Positions 28,101 through 40,238 of a stretch of 64,000 bases of DNA are shown here, one piece after another. Both the position numbers and the translations under genes were made by a program. Source of the stretch: Eledone cirrhosa (lineage: Eukaryota); assembly GCA_964016885.1 (NCBI GenBank), contig OZ024742.1, positions 126,418,001-126,482,000 of the forward strand. The letters are read 5' to 3'. The stretch's first letter is position 1; every line of letters begins with the position of its first letter. The notes under the pieces are model-generated. The model made no database searches, was not told the DNA's origin, and saw nothing but the letters and a program-made list of their open reading frames with translations.

Positions 28101-30838
28101 TTCCCTATCTCTCTACATCTCTCTACATCTACCATGCTACATCTCTCACATTCCCTATCTCTCTACATCTACCATGCTACATCTCTCACATTCCCTATCT
28201 CTCTACATCTACCATGCTACACCTCTCACATTCCCTATCTCTCTACATCTACCATGCTACATCTCTCACATTCCCTATCTCTCTACATCTCTCTACATCT
28301 ACCATGCTACATCTCTCACATTCCCTATCTCTCTACATCTACCATGCTACATCTCTCACATTCCCTATTTCTCTACATCTACCATGCTACATCTCTCACA
28401 TTCCCTATCTCTCTACATCTCTCTACATCTACCGTGCTATATCTCTCACATTCCCTATCTCTCTACATCTACCGTGCTACATCTCTCACATTCCCTATTT
28501 CTCTACATCTACCATGCTACATCTCTCACATTCCCTATCTCTCTACATCTACCATGCTACATCTCTCACATTCCCTATCTCTCTACATCTCTCTACATCA
28601 ATCTCTACATCTACTGTGCTACATCTCTCACATTCCCTATCTCTCTACATCTACCATGCTACATCTCTCACATTCCCTATCTCTCTACATCTCTCTACAT
28701 CAATCTCTACATCTACCGTGCTACATCTCTCACATTCCCTATCTCTCTACATCTCTCTACATCTACCATGCTACATCTCTCACATTCCCTATCTCTCTAC
28801 ATCTACCATGCTACATCTCTCACATTCCCTATCTCTCTACATCTCTCTACATCTACCATGCTACATCTCTCACATTCCCTATCTCTCTACATCTACCATG
28901 CTACATCTCTCATATTCCCTATCTCTCTACATCACTCTACATCTACCGTGCTACATCTCTCACATTCCCTATCTCTCTACATCTCTCTACATCTACCGTG
29001 CTATATCTCTCACATTCCCTATCTCTCTACATCTACCATGCTACATCTCTCACATTCCCTATCTCTCTACATCAATCTCTACATCTACCGTGCTACATCT
29101 CTCACATTCCCTATCTCTCTACATCTCTCACATTCCCTATCTCTCTACATCTCTCTACATCTACCGTGCTACATCTTTCACATTCCCTATCTCTCTACAT
29201 CTACCATGCTACATCTCTCACATTCCCTATCTCTCTACATCTACCATGCTACATCTCTCACATTCCCTATCTCTCTACATCTACCATGCTACATCTCTCA
29301 CATTCCCTATCTCTCTACATCTACCATGCTACATCTCTCACATTCCCTATCTCTCTACATCTACCATGCTACATCTCTCACATTCCCTATCTCTCTACAT
29401 CTCTCTACATCTACCGTGCTACATCTCTCACATTCCCTATCTCTCTACATCTCTCTACATCTCTCTACATCTACCATGTTACATCTCTCACATTCCCTAT
29501 CTCTCTACATCTCTCTACATCTACCATGCTACATCTCTCCCATTCCCTATCTCTCTACATCTCTCTACATCTACCGTGCTACATCTCTCCCATTCCCTAT
29601 CTCTCTACATCAATCTCTACATCTACCATGCTACATCTCTCACATTCCCTATCTCTCTACATCAATCTCTACATCTACCGTGCTACATCTCTCACATTCC
29701 CTATCTCTCTACATCTCTCTACATCTATCATGCTACATCTCTCACATTCCCTATCTCTCTACATCTCTCTACATCTCTCACATTCCCTATCTCTCTACAT
29801 CTCTCTACATCTACCATGCTACATCTCTCACATTCCCTATCTCTCTACATCTCTCTACATCTACCATGCTACATCTCTCACATTCCCTATCTCTCTACAT
29901 CTCTCTACATCTCTCTACATCTACCATGCTACATCTCTCACATTCCCTATCTCTCTACATCTCTCTACATCTATCATGCTACATCTCTCACATTCCCTAT
30001 CTCTCTACATCTCTCTACATCTCTCACATTCCCTATCTCTCTACATCTCTCTACATCTACCATGCTACATCTCTCACATTCCCTATCTCTCTACATCTCT
30101 CTACATCTACCATGCTACATCTCTCACATTCCCTATCTCTCTACATCTCTCTACATCTCTCACATTCCCTATCTCTCTACATCTCTCTACATCTACCATG
30201 CTACATCTCTCACATTCCCTATCTCTCTACATCTCTCTACATCTCTCACATTCCCTATCTCTCTACATCTCTCTACATCTACCATGCTACATCTCTCACA
30301 TTCCCTATCTCTCTACATCTCTCTACATCTACCGTGCTACATCTCTCACATTCCCTATCTCTCTACATCTCTCTACATCTACCGTGCTACATCTCTCACA
30401 TTCCCTATCTCTCTACATCTCTCTACATCTACCGTGCTACATCTCTCACATTCCCTATCTCTCTACATCTCTCTACATCTACCATGCTACATCTCTCACA
30501 TTCCCTATCTCTCTACATCTCTCTACATCTACCATGCTACATCTCTCACATTCCCTATCTCTCTACATCTACCATGCTACATCTCTCACATTCCCTATCT
30601 CTCTACATCTACCGTGCTACATCTCTCACATTCCCTATCTCTCTACATCTACCATGCTACATCTCTCACATTCCCTATCTCTCTACATCTACCATGCTAC
30701 ATCTCTCACATTCCCTATCTCTCTACATCTCCCGTGCTACATCTCTCACATTCCCTATCTCTCTACATCTACCATGCTACATCTCTCACATTCCCTATCT
30801 CTCTACATCTCTCTACATCTACCATGCTACATCTCTCT
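19127..30838. repeat. 11.7-kb intronic satellite with a ~40-bp core monomer built from 10-bp subunits
   Basis: Core CTACATCTACCRTGCTACATCTCTCACATTCCCTATCTCT, with optional CTACATCTCT or CTACATCAATCT insertions. The + strand almost lacks stop codons, which explains the multi-kb ORFs in all three frames. Confidence 0.98.
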
Positions 30839-31492
30839 ATACCTGTCTCATTCACTATCTCTACACTTACCTCACTACACTTACCTCACTACACTTACAC
30901 CTATCAATCAATCCCAATAATATTCATTCTCTCCATTCTTATACTTTCTTTCCTTTTCTAACACTACACTTTCTCTTTTCTTCCTCCATTCCCATGTACA
31001 CCCTCTCCTTCCCACCACTTCTTTTGTATAGTCCTTCTCCCTCTTTTATTATTTCATTTCCATCCCTCTCTTTCTCCCCCTCTCTCTCAATCATTTCCAT
31101 CCCTCTCTTTCACCCCCTCCTCTCTCTATCATTTCTATCTCTCTCTTACCCCCCGCCCCCCCTCTTCTTTCTCTTTCATTTCATCTTTTTCTCCCTTACA
31201 TGTATTTTTTCCTTCAATATTTTGAAATGAATATCTTCAATACAACACACTTTCTAAATATCACATGCATACACACAGACACAAAACGTGTGCATATAAA
31301 CACAAATGCACATACAAGCATAGATGCACACATACACGCACACAAACATGTATACACCTCTAATTGAAATTGATATTTAATCAATCCAGCATATGAATAA
31401 AGTTACTACACTTTACATTTTTTGAGTGGAGTTCTTTATTATTTTTAAAATTATACACCACACACATTATAATATATACATATATATATATA

Positions 31493-31910
31493 AATTCAAA
31501 ATATTAACAAAATAGATATTCTTGTGATCAATTATATTTTATTATACATATTTCAGAGGTACTGAGTTAAGTTCAACAGTACGTCCTCATCAGATAAAAT
31601 AAGATGATGCATGACATACCCTGACATAGATGATTAAGATTCAGTCACTACCATGACTGAATCTTAACCATCTACTATGTCAGGGTATGTCATGCATCAT
31701 CTTATTTTATCTGATGAGGACGTACTGTTGAACTTAACTCAGTACCTCTGAAATATGTATAATAAAATATAATTGATCACAAGAATATCTATTTTGTTAA
31801 TATTTTGAATTAATATTAATAACTCTGGAAAACCTTTAACTGTTGAGTGCTTCCAATCTATTGTAAAACTCATTCTTTGATGTATTCATTGAACCTTGTT
31901 TAACTTTTAA
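31493..31910 (+). mobile_element. Fold-back element with hammerhead cores (Penelope-like terminus)
   Basis: Arms 31493-31647 and 31654-31811 differ by one mismatch and one 3-nt indel. A ~100-bp tail contains GTTGAGTGC. (TA)n on both sides. Confidence 0.8.
31703..31769 (+). ncRNA. Type-I hammerhead ribozyme motif (mirror copy on the - strand at 31535-31601)
   Basis: tattttat-CTGATGA-gga c gtactg..cagtac c tct-GAAA-tatgt-ATA^ataaaata: 8-bp stem I, extended stem II, short quasi-palindromic stem III; predicted cleavage after 31761. Confidence 0.75.
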
Positions 31911-32587
31911 ATATATATATATATATATATTTTTTTTCTTCTCTTTTTCCACACATATAATACAGTACACCTTCTATACTACTCTACTCCATACCTTAAT
32001 ATGACCATCTCTATATTACATTCCACCACAAAATAAAATACCTCTTCTATTCGAGGTATATGAACACAAACACACGAAGGACCTCAAATTCAAATTGACA
32101 TCTTGGAGTTATTTCCCTTTGTTATAATGTTTTTGTAAACATGCAATTTTAGCAAGCTTTACTTTTAACGGTATCTTATAAACTCATATAAACACCTGAA
32201 GAAATGTCACTAATTTGATGCCTCTTGTATTCTGGAGGTTTGGTCAAATTTGGGCCTTGAAACCTTGGGTAGCGCTTGTGTTCTGTCTGAACATAAATAT
32301 ATCATAAATATGTAAAGTGGCCATGTAGGTGACATGACAAAAAGCACCCAGTCTGCACTGTAAAGTGGTCGTGTAGGAGACACAATAAAAGGGCTCCCAG
32401 TCCACACTGTAAATGTGGTTGCCATTCGGAAGGGCATCCAGCCGTGGAAAACCTGCCAGAAACAGTTCTATACGAGCAAGACACGGTCACCCAACCAATC
32501 TTGGCTCAAGTAGGACAAACTTGTCCAACCCATGCTAACATGGAAGATGGATGTCAAACGATGATGATGATATATATATATATATAA

Positions 32588-33150
32588 GCTGAGAGTAAAC
32601 ATAGGAAAAACTAAAGTATTGGTTAGTAGGAACAGAGACAGGACCCTGTTTCCATCAGGGAAGTGGCCCTACTTGAAATACAGAAAAGGAGACGGCAGAA
32701 AATCTACATGGGGTTCACAATGCAAATCTTAGATACACAGGAGGTGTAGTGGGATAGAAGGCAGACTAACAGGAAAGGAAGTTTTCATAGGTACTAGATT
32801 CACAAAGGTAATTGATAGGAAGAGGATCAGTGATATAAACCTTTTCCAATCACATGAAAGTGGTTGATAGCTTCTGCTACCTAGATGAACTAATTACAGT
32901 AAAGTAGGGTGTTCCGAGAACATAATAGTTGTTGACAAGAAAAGGTTTCTCCCTACAACTGAATGATGCCTGTGTGTGAAGTGTGATGATGTATGCTAGT
33001 GAAACATGGGCAGTAACTGCAGAGGACATGTATTGGTTAAAGAGAAATGAAGCAACCATGCTTTATTGGATGTGCAATGTAAATGTGAAAAAACAGCAAA
33101 ACTTGGGTGAACTGAGGGAGAAACTAAGTTTAAGAGGAATCAGAAGTGGT
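32588..33150 (+). mobile_element. RTE-clade LINE fragment (C-terminal part of ORF), decayed
   Basis: LRVNIGKTKVLVS..., IHRRCSGI, SVMMYASETWAVTAEDMYWLKRNEATMLYWMC...ELREKL. Confidence 0.8.
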
Positions 33151-34099
33151 AACCATACTCATCACATTTGACCAATTGTGGGTTGGTGAGGCTATTGAAC
33201 CCATAGTTGGGGTGGATGGCTGTTGACTGAGGAGTTCATCTGATCTTTTAACAGCTCTTGTTTTTTGTGCTACTGGGGTTCCACTTACCCTCCTCACCAG
33301 ACCAGGGACTGTTGAGGGAGCCAGTTTAGTCATCAACCAGTTGACCATGAAGCAGGTTGTACTGGGTTAGATGGTACCAGTAGCAAGTAGAAGCCTGACC
33401 CGACTTGAAGATTATTTACTAAATCCATAGAAATAATTTATTTTCATTAGCTCAGTGTCTCCACATAACAGATAATCTCATAACATTCAGTAAAGAACAT
33501 CCCAATAATATCAGCTCTCTCCTCCTCAACTTCCAACTGAACATCACAAAATGTGGTAAGTCAACATCAACTTATACTATATTGAGGTTAGCAGGATCAG
33601 ATTTAGACCGGGAAGGGAGAGTGTGTGCTCATATAACACACACACCCAAGCAGAGAAAGGGAGAAAAGAAGGGGCCCAAAGAATTGCTGTTCCTCTCCCT
33701 GATAAATCTGGCCTTTGAGGCCAGTAGGGACCTTGTTCACTACAAATCTACTCCTCTGCAACAGTAGTACAAGAGGATATATATGAAATGAAGTCATCAA
33801 CATCCAAAAGAAATGCAGTGGCATCATGAACACAACTTCCTACACTAGACAATTCTGAGAGGTGTTGGAAACTAACAGTTCTCTAAAATATTTCACCAAC
33901 CAACTACATGGCCCTCAGGCCTAGAAAACTGAATAACTCCTCAAATACTTGCTTCCTAAAACTACCAACCTCAGAGAAAGCATCACCAGTGCTAGCCACA
34001 GGTCTATTCATAAGGTATATACATATATAAGCGAGATGAAAATCCTGGCCCTGTCCTAGAGATCAGCAGCCTTGGTAGCAGGGAAAGAGGACATTAAAA

Positions 34100-34136
<37 letters not shown>

Positions 34137-34533
34137 CATACATACACATCATGAATGAAACGCACAGTTATAGACCATTATAAGCCCTACAGGTTCATTC
34201 TGTCATTACCAGAGTCAGGTTAGATCAATACAGATTGAACCTTGAGCTGATCAATAGTGAAACGTGTGCCACTACCCAATAAATGCAATGAAAACATAAA
34301 TTGTACTTTTATTATTAATATTTATATATATATATATACATACACACACATACATATATATATTTAGTAGACTCTTATAGAATGAAAACTTTTGTGCATA
34401 TATATATATATATTTTTTTCATGCTGGCATTGTATGTGTGTGTATCTATATTTGCATGTATATTAGTGTGAGTGGAGATCAAATATGTAAATGTAACATT
34501 TATTGAACAGATATTATTGGATAAAGAAATATA

Positions 34534-34584
<51 letters not shown>

Positions 34585-34789
34585 CAAGAAGAGTCAGAGG
34601 TAAAAAAATGGAACAGAAGAGAATGAAGGAGTAATTGAGTAGAAGAGACAGAAAAATTGTATAATATATATGAATGAAAGAGGTGGGGGAACAATGAAAT
34701 CCCAGAGAGAAATCATTCCATAGAATTATTTTCTCCACCCCATGCCTCTTATTTCCAATTTATCTATCATTATTGTTATTAAATAGGGC

Positions 34790-34976
34790 AGTGAATCGGC
34801 AGTATCGGTAGAGGGTTGGACGCCATGTTTTCCAGCATAGTTCCGTCCCTTTACGATCTGAGTTCAAATCCCGCCGAGGTTAACTTTGCCTTTCATCCTT
34901 ACGGGGTCGATAAAATAAAGTACCAGTAATGTACTGGGTTATTGCTGGCCTTGTGCCTAAAGTAGAAACAATTATT
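34790..34976 (+). mobile_element. SINE family A copy
   Basis: Near-identical to 15681-15866. Confidence 0.85.
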
Positions 34977-35199
34977 GTTATTAAATTCTTGTTATTCTTA
35001 CTGTTATTGTTTCTACCACTGGTATTTCATTAGTGTAGTAATAATAGTAGTAATTGTTGTTTCTACCACTGGTATTTCATTACTGTTGTTAATATTATTA
35101 TAGGTATTGTGTTTTTTGTCATTTCAAATTTTTTTTATTTCTTATCTATTTACTTTGCATAATTCAATACATTTCATACAATTGACTCTGTGTGGAGTG

Positions 35200-35548
35200 G
35201 GAGAGAGAGAGACAGTACGAGTGTGAGCGAGAGAGTAAGAGAGAGAGAGTGAGAGAGAGCAATAGAGAGAGATAGTGAGAACGATAGAGAGAGATAGTGA
35301 GACCGATAGAGAGAGATAATGAGAACGATAGAGAGGGATAGTGAGAACGATAGAGAGAGAGATAGAGAGAGAGAGATAGATAGAGAGAGGGAGATAGAGA
35401 GAGAGAGGGAGATATAGAGAGATAGAGAGAGAGGGAGATATAGAGAGATAGAGAGAGAGGGAGATAGAGAGAGATAGAGGGAGATAGAGAGAGATAGAGA
35501 GAGAGGGAGATAGAGAGAGATAGAGAGAGAGGGAGATAGAGAGAGAGG

Positions 35549-35585
<37 letters not shown>

Positions 35586-35649
35586 GGAGAGAGAGAGAGA
35601 TAGAGAGAGAGGGAGATAGAGAGAGATAGAGATAGAGAGAGATAGAGAG

Positions 35650-35693
<44 letters not shown>

Positions 35694-35865
35694 GGAGATA
35701 GAGAGAGATAGAGAGAGAGGGAGATAGAGAGAGATAGAGAGAGAGAGATAGAGAGAGAGAGATAGAGCGATAGAGAGAGCGATAGAGAGAGAGCGATAGA
35801 GAGAGCGATAGAGAGAGAGAGCGATAGAGAGAGAGAGCGATAGAGAGAGAGCGATAGAGAGAGAG

Positions 35866-35936
<71 letters not shown>

Positions 35937-36195
35937 TAGAGAGAGAGCGATAGAGAGAGAGCGATAGAGAGAGAGCGATAGAGAGAGAGCGATAGAGAGA
36001 GAGCGATAGAGAGAGAGCGATAGAGAGAGAGAGAGAGAGAGAGAGCGATAGAGAGAGAGAGAGATAGAGAGAGAGAGCGATAGAGAGAGAGAGAGCGATA
36101 GAGAGAGAGAGAGCGATAGAGAGAGAGAGAGCGATAGAGAGAGAGAGAGCGATAGAGAGAGAGAGCGATAGAGAGCGATAGAGAGAGAGAGCGAT

Positions 36196-36238
<43 letters not shown>

Positions 36239-37222
36239 TAGACAGAGAGATAGAGCGATAGACAGAGAGATAGAGCGATAGAGAGAGAGAGCGATAGACA
36301 GAGAGATATATTTCTTTATTAGCCACAGGGGCACAAAAGAAGGGGACAAATACAAAGGGGGAAGTTTACATACAATAAAAACGTGTAAAATGTTATCACA
36401 GATGGAATTTAAAAGTTAGTCGATTTTCCCCAATAGAGGGAAACAGTTTATATGGGTAACACATACCCCCGAAAAAAAATGTGCAACCCTCATCTCCAGG
36501 AGTACGAAGAGCTTGTACTCCTTTCCTCTCCTCCTCATTTTCCTCAACCTACAGGCTGATATAGAGAGAAGGCCCATTCACTCGGGCCATTCTCGCCACT
36601 TTCACCCACCTTTCATAGAGCGATAGACAGAGAGATAGAGTGATAGACAGAGAGATAGAGCGATAGACAGAGAGATAGAGTGATAGACAGAGAGATAGAC
36701 AGAGAGATAGAGTGATAGACAGAGAGATAGACAGAGAGATAGAGCGATAGACAGAGAGATAGAGCGATAGAGAGAGAGAGCGAGCTAGAGAGAGCGATAG
36801 AGAGAGAGAGAGCGAGCTAGAGAGAGCGATAGAGAGAGAGAGAGCGAGCTAGAGAGAGCGCTAGAGAGAGAGAGAGCGCGAGCTAGAGAGAGCGATAGAG
36901 CGAGCTAGAGAGAGCGATAGAGCGAGCTAGAGAGAGCGATAGAGCGAGCTAGAGAGAGCGATAGAGCGAGCTAGAGAGAGCGATAGAGAGAGAGCGATAG
37001 AGAGAGAGCGATAGAGAGAGAGCGATAGAGAGAGAGCGATAGAGAGAGAGAGCGATAGAGCGAGCTAGAGAGAGCGATAGAGCGAGCTAGAGAGAGCGAT
37101 AGAGAGAGAGCGATAGAGTGAGAGAGCGATAGAGTGAGAGAGCGATAGAGTGAGAGAGCGATAGAGTGAGAGAGCGATAGAGTGATAGAGTGAGAGAGAT
37201 AGAGTGAGAGAGTGAGAGATAG

Positions 37223-37255
<33 letters not shown>

Positions 37256-37262
37256 TAGAGCA

Positions 37263-37305
<43 letters not shown>

Positions 37306-37571
37306 TAGAGAGATAGAGAGATAGAGAGAGAGATAGAGATAGAGCGATAGAGAGGTAGATAGAGCGATAGAGCAATAGAGAGAGATAGAGCAATAGAGAG
37401 AGATAGAGCAATAGAGAGAGATAGAGCAATAGAGAGAGATAGAGCAATAGAGAGAGATAGAGCAATAGAGAGAGATAGAGAGAGCAATAGAGAGAGATAG
37501 AGAGAGCAATAGAGAGAGATAGAGAGAGATATAGAGAGAGATAGAGAGAGATATAGAGAGAGATAGAGAGA
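35200..37571. repeat. (GA)n/GATA/GCGATA compound satellite interrupted by a LINE tail at 36311-36616
   Basis: Direct reading. Confidence 0.95.
36311..36616 (-). mobile_element. Second, shorter copy of the same LINE 3' end
   Basis: Reverse complement of 58889-59195 with only a few differences. Confidence 0.8.
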
Positions 37572-40078
37572 GGCAGAAGTCACAGAAGAATTAAATATTT
37601 AAATATATATATTAAAGACAATTGATGATGATGATGATGAGGTGTGGGTGGTGGAAAGAGGGGGGGGGGATAATGCTATGAAGATAATAGTAGAAATTAT
37701 GTGAGTTGTGGCAGTGGTGGTGGGGAAGTTAAAGATAGTGCTGCTGATGGTGAAGGCTGGGAGGATGTTGATGATGTTGATCATGATGATGATGATGATG
37801 AATATAGCAATGGTAGCTGTGATAGTGATGGTGGGGAAGGTAAATATGATGATACAAGTGATTTTGATGCTGAAAACAATGATGATGATAATGTTGATGA
37901 TGGTAATAATGGCGATGGTGGTGATGATGAAGAGAATGATGGAGATGGTGTAGTACTGGGGATAAGATGGTGATGACAAAAATGGTTGTGTTGATGGTGA
38001 TGATATAAACAATGACAAGAATAGCAGTTTCGGTGGTAGTGTTATTTCAAGCAGATGATGTAACCACATATAGGCACCACTTATTGATTCATACTTCATG
38101 GTGTTCAATATATATGAGGTTTATTTTCCCCATCAGTAGGAAACCTGACTCAGATAACGTTCTTTCTTTTTCCTCAACATCCATTCATTCCCCTCTTCTT
38201 TTCTTCTTTATTTTCCCCCCTCCTCTCTCCTTTACTTCATCTTCTATTCTATCTCCATTATCTGATTCAGATAACATCCACAGATCTAGTACCTATGTAT
38301 TTTTGCCAAATCAATGAACTGAATCTAAGCGTTAATGTTTTTGCTATGAAATAGTGAAGTATGAAATACTTTCTTTTCATCCTCATGAAAATAAAATAAA
38401 ATGGACAAATGAGAATGGTGCTTGTTGAAGAAAATTGGTTTTTGCAGTTATTATTATGTGCATGTGTTTCGCATTTACTTGCATGAAATTTATGGCATTG
38501 CTGCAGCATGGCCAATATCAATTGTTTAATCCTTTCTATACAAACTTGCCTGAAATAACCCAGAATTCAATGATATAAGGAAAGGAGGGAGATATCTGTT
38601 AATCAGAGACTGGGACTGAATGTTTGAAATAAACTGGAGTCTACTAAAGGCACCCAAGAACCATAGTGTTAGACCAAGTGACTTATTAAATCTAATACTC
38701 AAATGAGTCACAATAGGATTTGAACTCTGAATGTAAAGAGCCAGAATAAATACTACAAAGCATTTTTTCAGATACTCTAATGATTTTGCCAATTTGTTGA
38801 TATGAAACAATCTGGTTGTAATTTGGTGTTGGTAGTGGTGGTGATATTGAGGGGTGTGTGTGTGTGCACATCTTGCTTGCATATGTTCCCACTTTAGGTG
38901 CATTTTATCATGACACCAGCACTAGGGGGATTGTCATATCTAAAGTGTCTTCTCAACCCTTTTTTGGTAAGTTTTCTATGGCTCGATGTTCTTCATATCA
39001 CCAAACACTTTACAGAGTGTACTGGCTGAGCTTATGTCACCAATACTAGAGAAATTGTAGTACTCTTGACACAACTGAAGAAACCTCATGACATTTTGGC
39101 ATGGTTTCTACAGCTGGATGCTCTTCCTGTCTTCAACTATCTTACAGGCTGTACTGATTGCATTTTTTCATGACACCAGCACTAGGGAGGTTGTTGGTCA
39201 TAGACTCAACTGAAGAGCACTCTCTTCCCCTTTGGAAAAGTACCCCTTTGTCAGCTTCAATGATGAATGTTACAGTCATTCAATCAATGTAGCATTCTAC
39301 TTATGAAATTAACATGTAAATGGCTGAGCAGTCCACAGAAATGGGCACTCATAACAATTCTCAGGGAGATTCAGTGTGATGCAGTATGACAAAGCTAGAT
39401 CTCTCAGTGACAGCTATAATCCATCCAACACGCTACCAAACAGTTTCCATTTTATCCAGTTTCACTAACTCTGGGCTATGGTAAATGGCACTTGCTTAAG
39501 ATGTCCCGCAGTGGGATTGAACTTGAGGCCTAATGATTTTGAAGTAAGCTTCTTAACCACTTGGCCATATTTTGTCCACTTGATCTGTTGAACAAGTTAC
39601 TGGACATAAAGGAAAACACCATTTGTTCAGTCTGGTGCAAATGTAAACACATACAGGGCTTCCAATCAGTCTTAATCTACTAAATTCTATGAAATTTCAG
39701 CCACAAGTTATTGGTCAACACTTGGTTATAATAGAAGACATTTACAGAACATCTATTGAGTCAGTGTTGTTGTATGGATCAGGTACATGGACCCTCCCTA
39801 ACATAAGGACTTGAGAAGAAACTATATAGTACATACACTAAAATACTTAGGGTTGTACAAAACAAACTGGCATCAATGTATTGCATATGAAAGTTTATAT
39901 GGAAACTTGCCCAAGATAACTACAATTGCTCAAAGACAGTTATGATTTGCAGGACATTGCTGGAGAAATAAGCTCGCAGTTTTATAATAGTGATTTAATC
40001 AACTTTCCCCTCCCCCAAAATTGTTGCCCTTGTGCCTAAATCAAACTATTATCAAAATAAATTAAACTGCTAACTTAC

Positions 40079-40238
40079 AAAGACATTGAGTCCTCTGGCA
40101 CACATGTTCTTCTTGGATGTATTGAATACATATCGATTAGTTGGATCAGATGAGAGGTGAGCAACGACAAGAAACAGTGTTCCGAGCACAAACATGATGA
40201 CCACCACACCAATAACTGTGAACTCCATGAACCACCAA
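40079..40238 (-). CDS. M6: Proteolipid protein M6/PLP-DM20 family, first exon seen (TM2 + intracellular loop); gene is 5'-partial
   Basis: ttcttttcag|T TGG TGG...GTC TTT|gtaag; encodes WWFMEFTVIGVVVIMFVLGTLFLVVAHLSSDPTNRYVFNTSKKNMCARGLNVF, which aligns by eye with PLP/M6 'YVIYG...[33 protein letters not shown]'. 160 nt, phase 2 to 0. Confidence 0.85.

Noticed and set aside
19053-31230. Giant ORFs of 3200-3955 aa in all three + frames
   Set aside because: The satellite monomer has no TAA/TAG/TGA on this strand, and all frames give the same rotating peptides. It lies antisense within an intron.
37620-38050. D/G-rich and I/T-rich ORFs
   Set aside because: Degenerate (GAT/GGT)n repeat with no splice or homology support.
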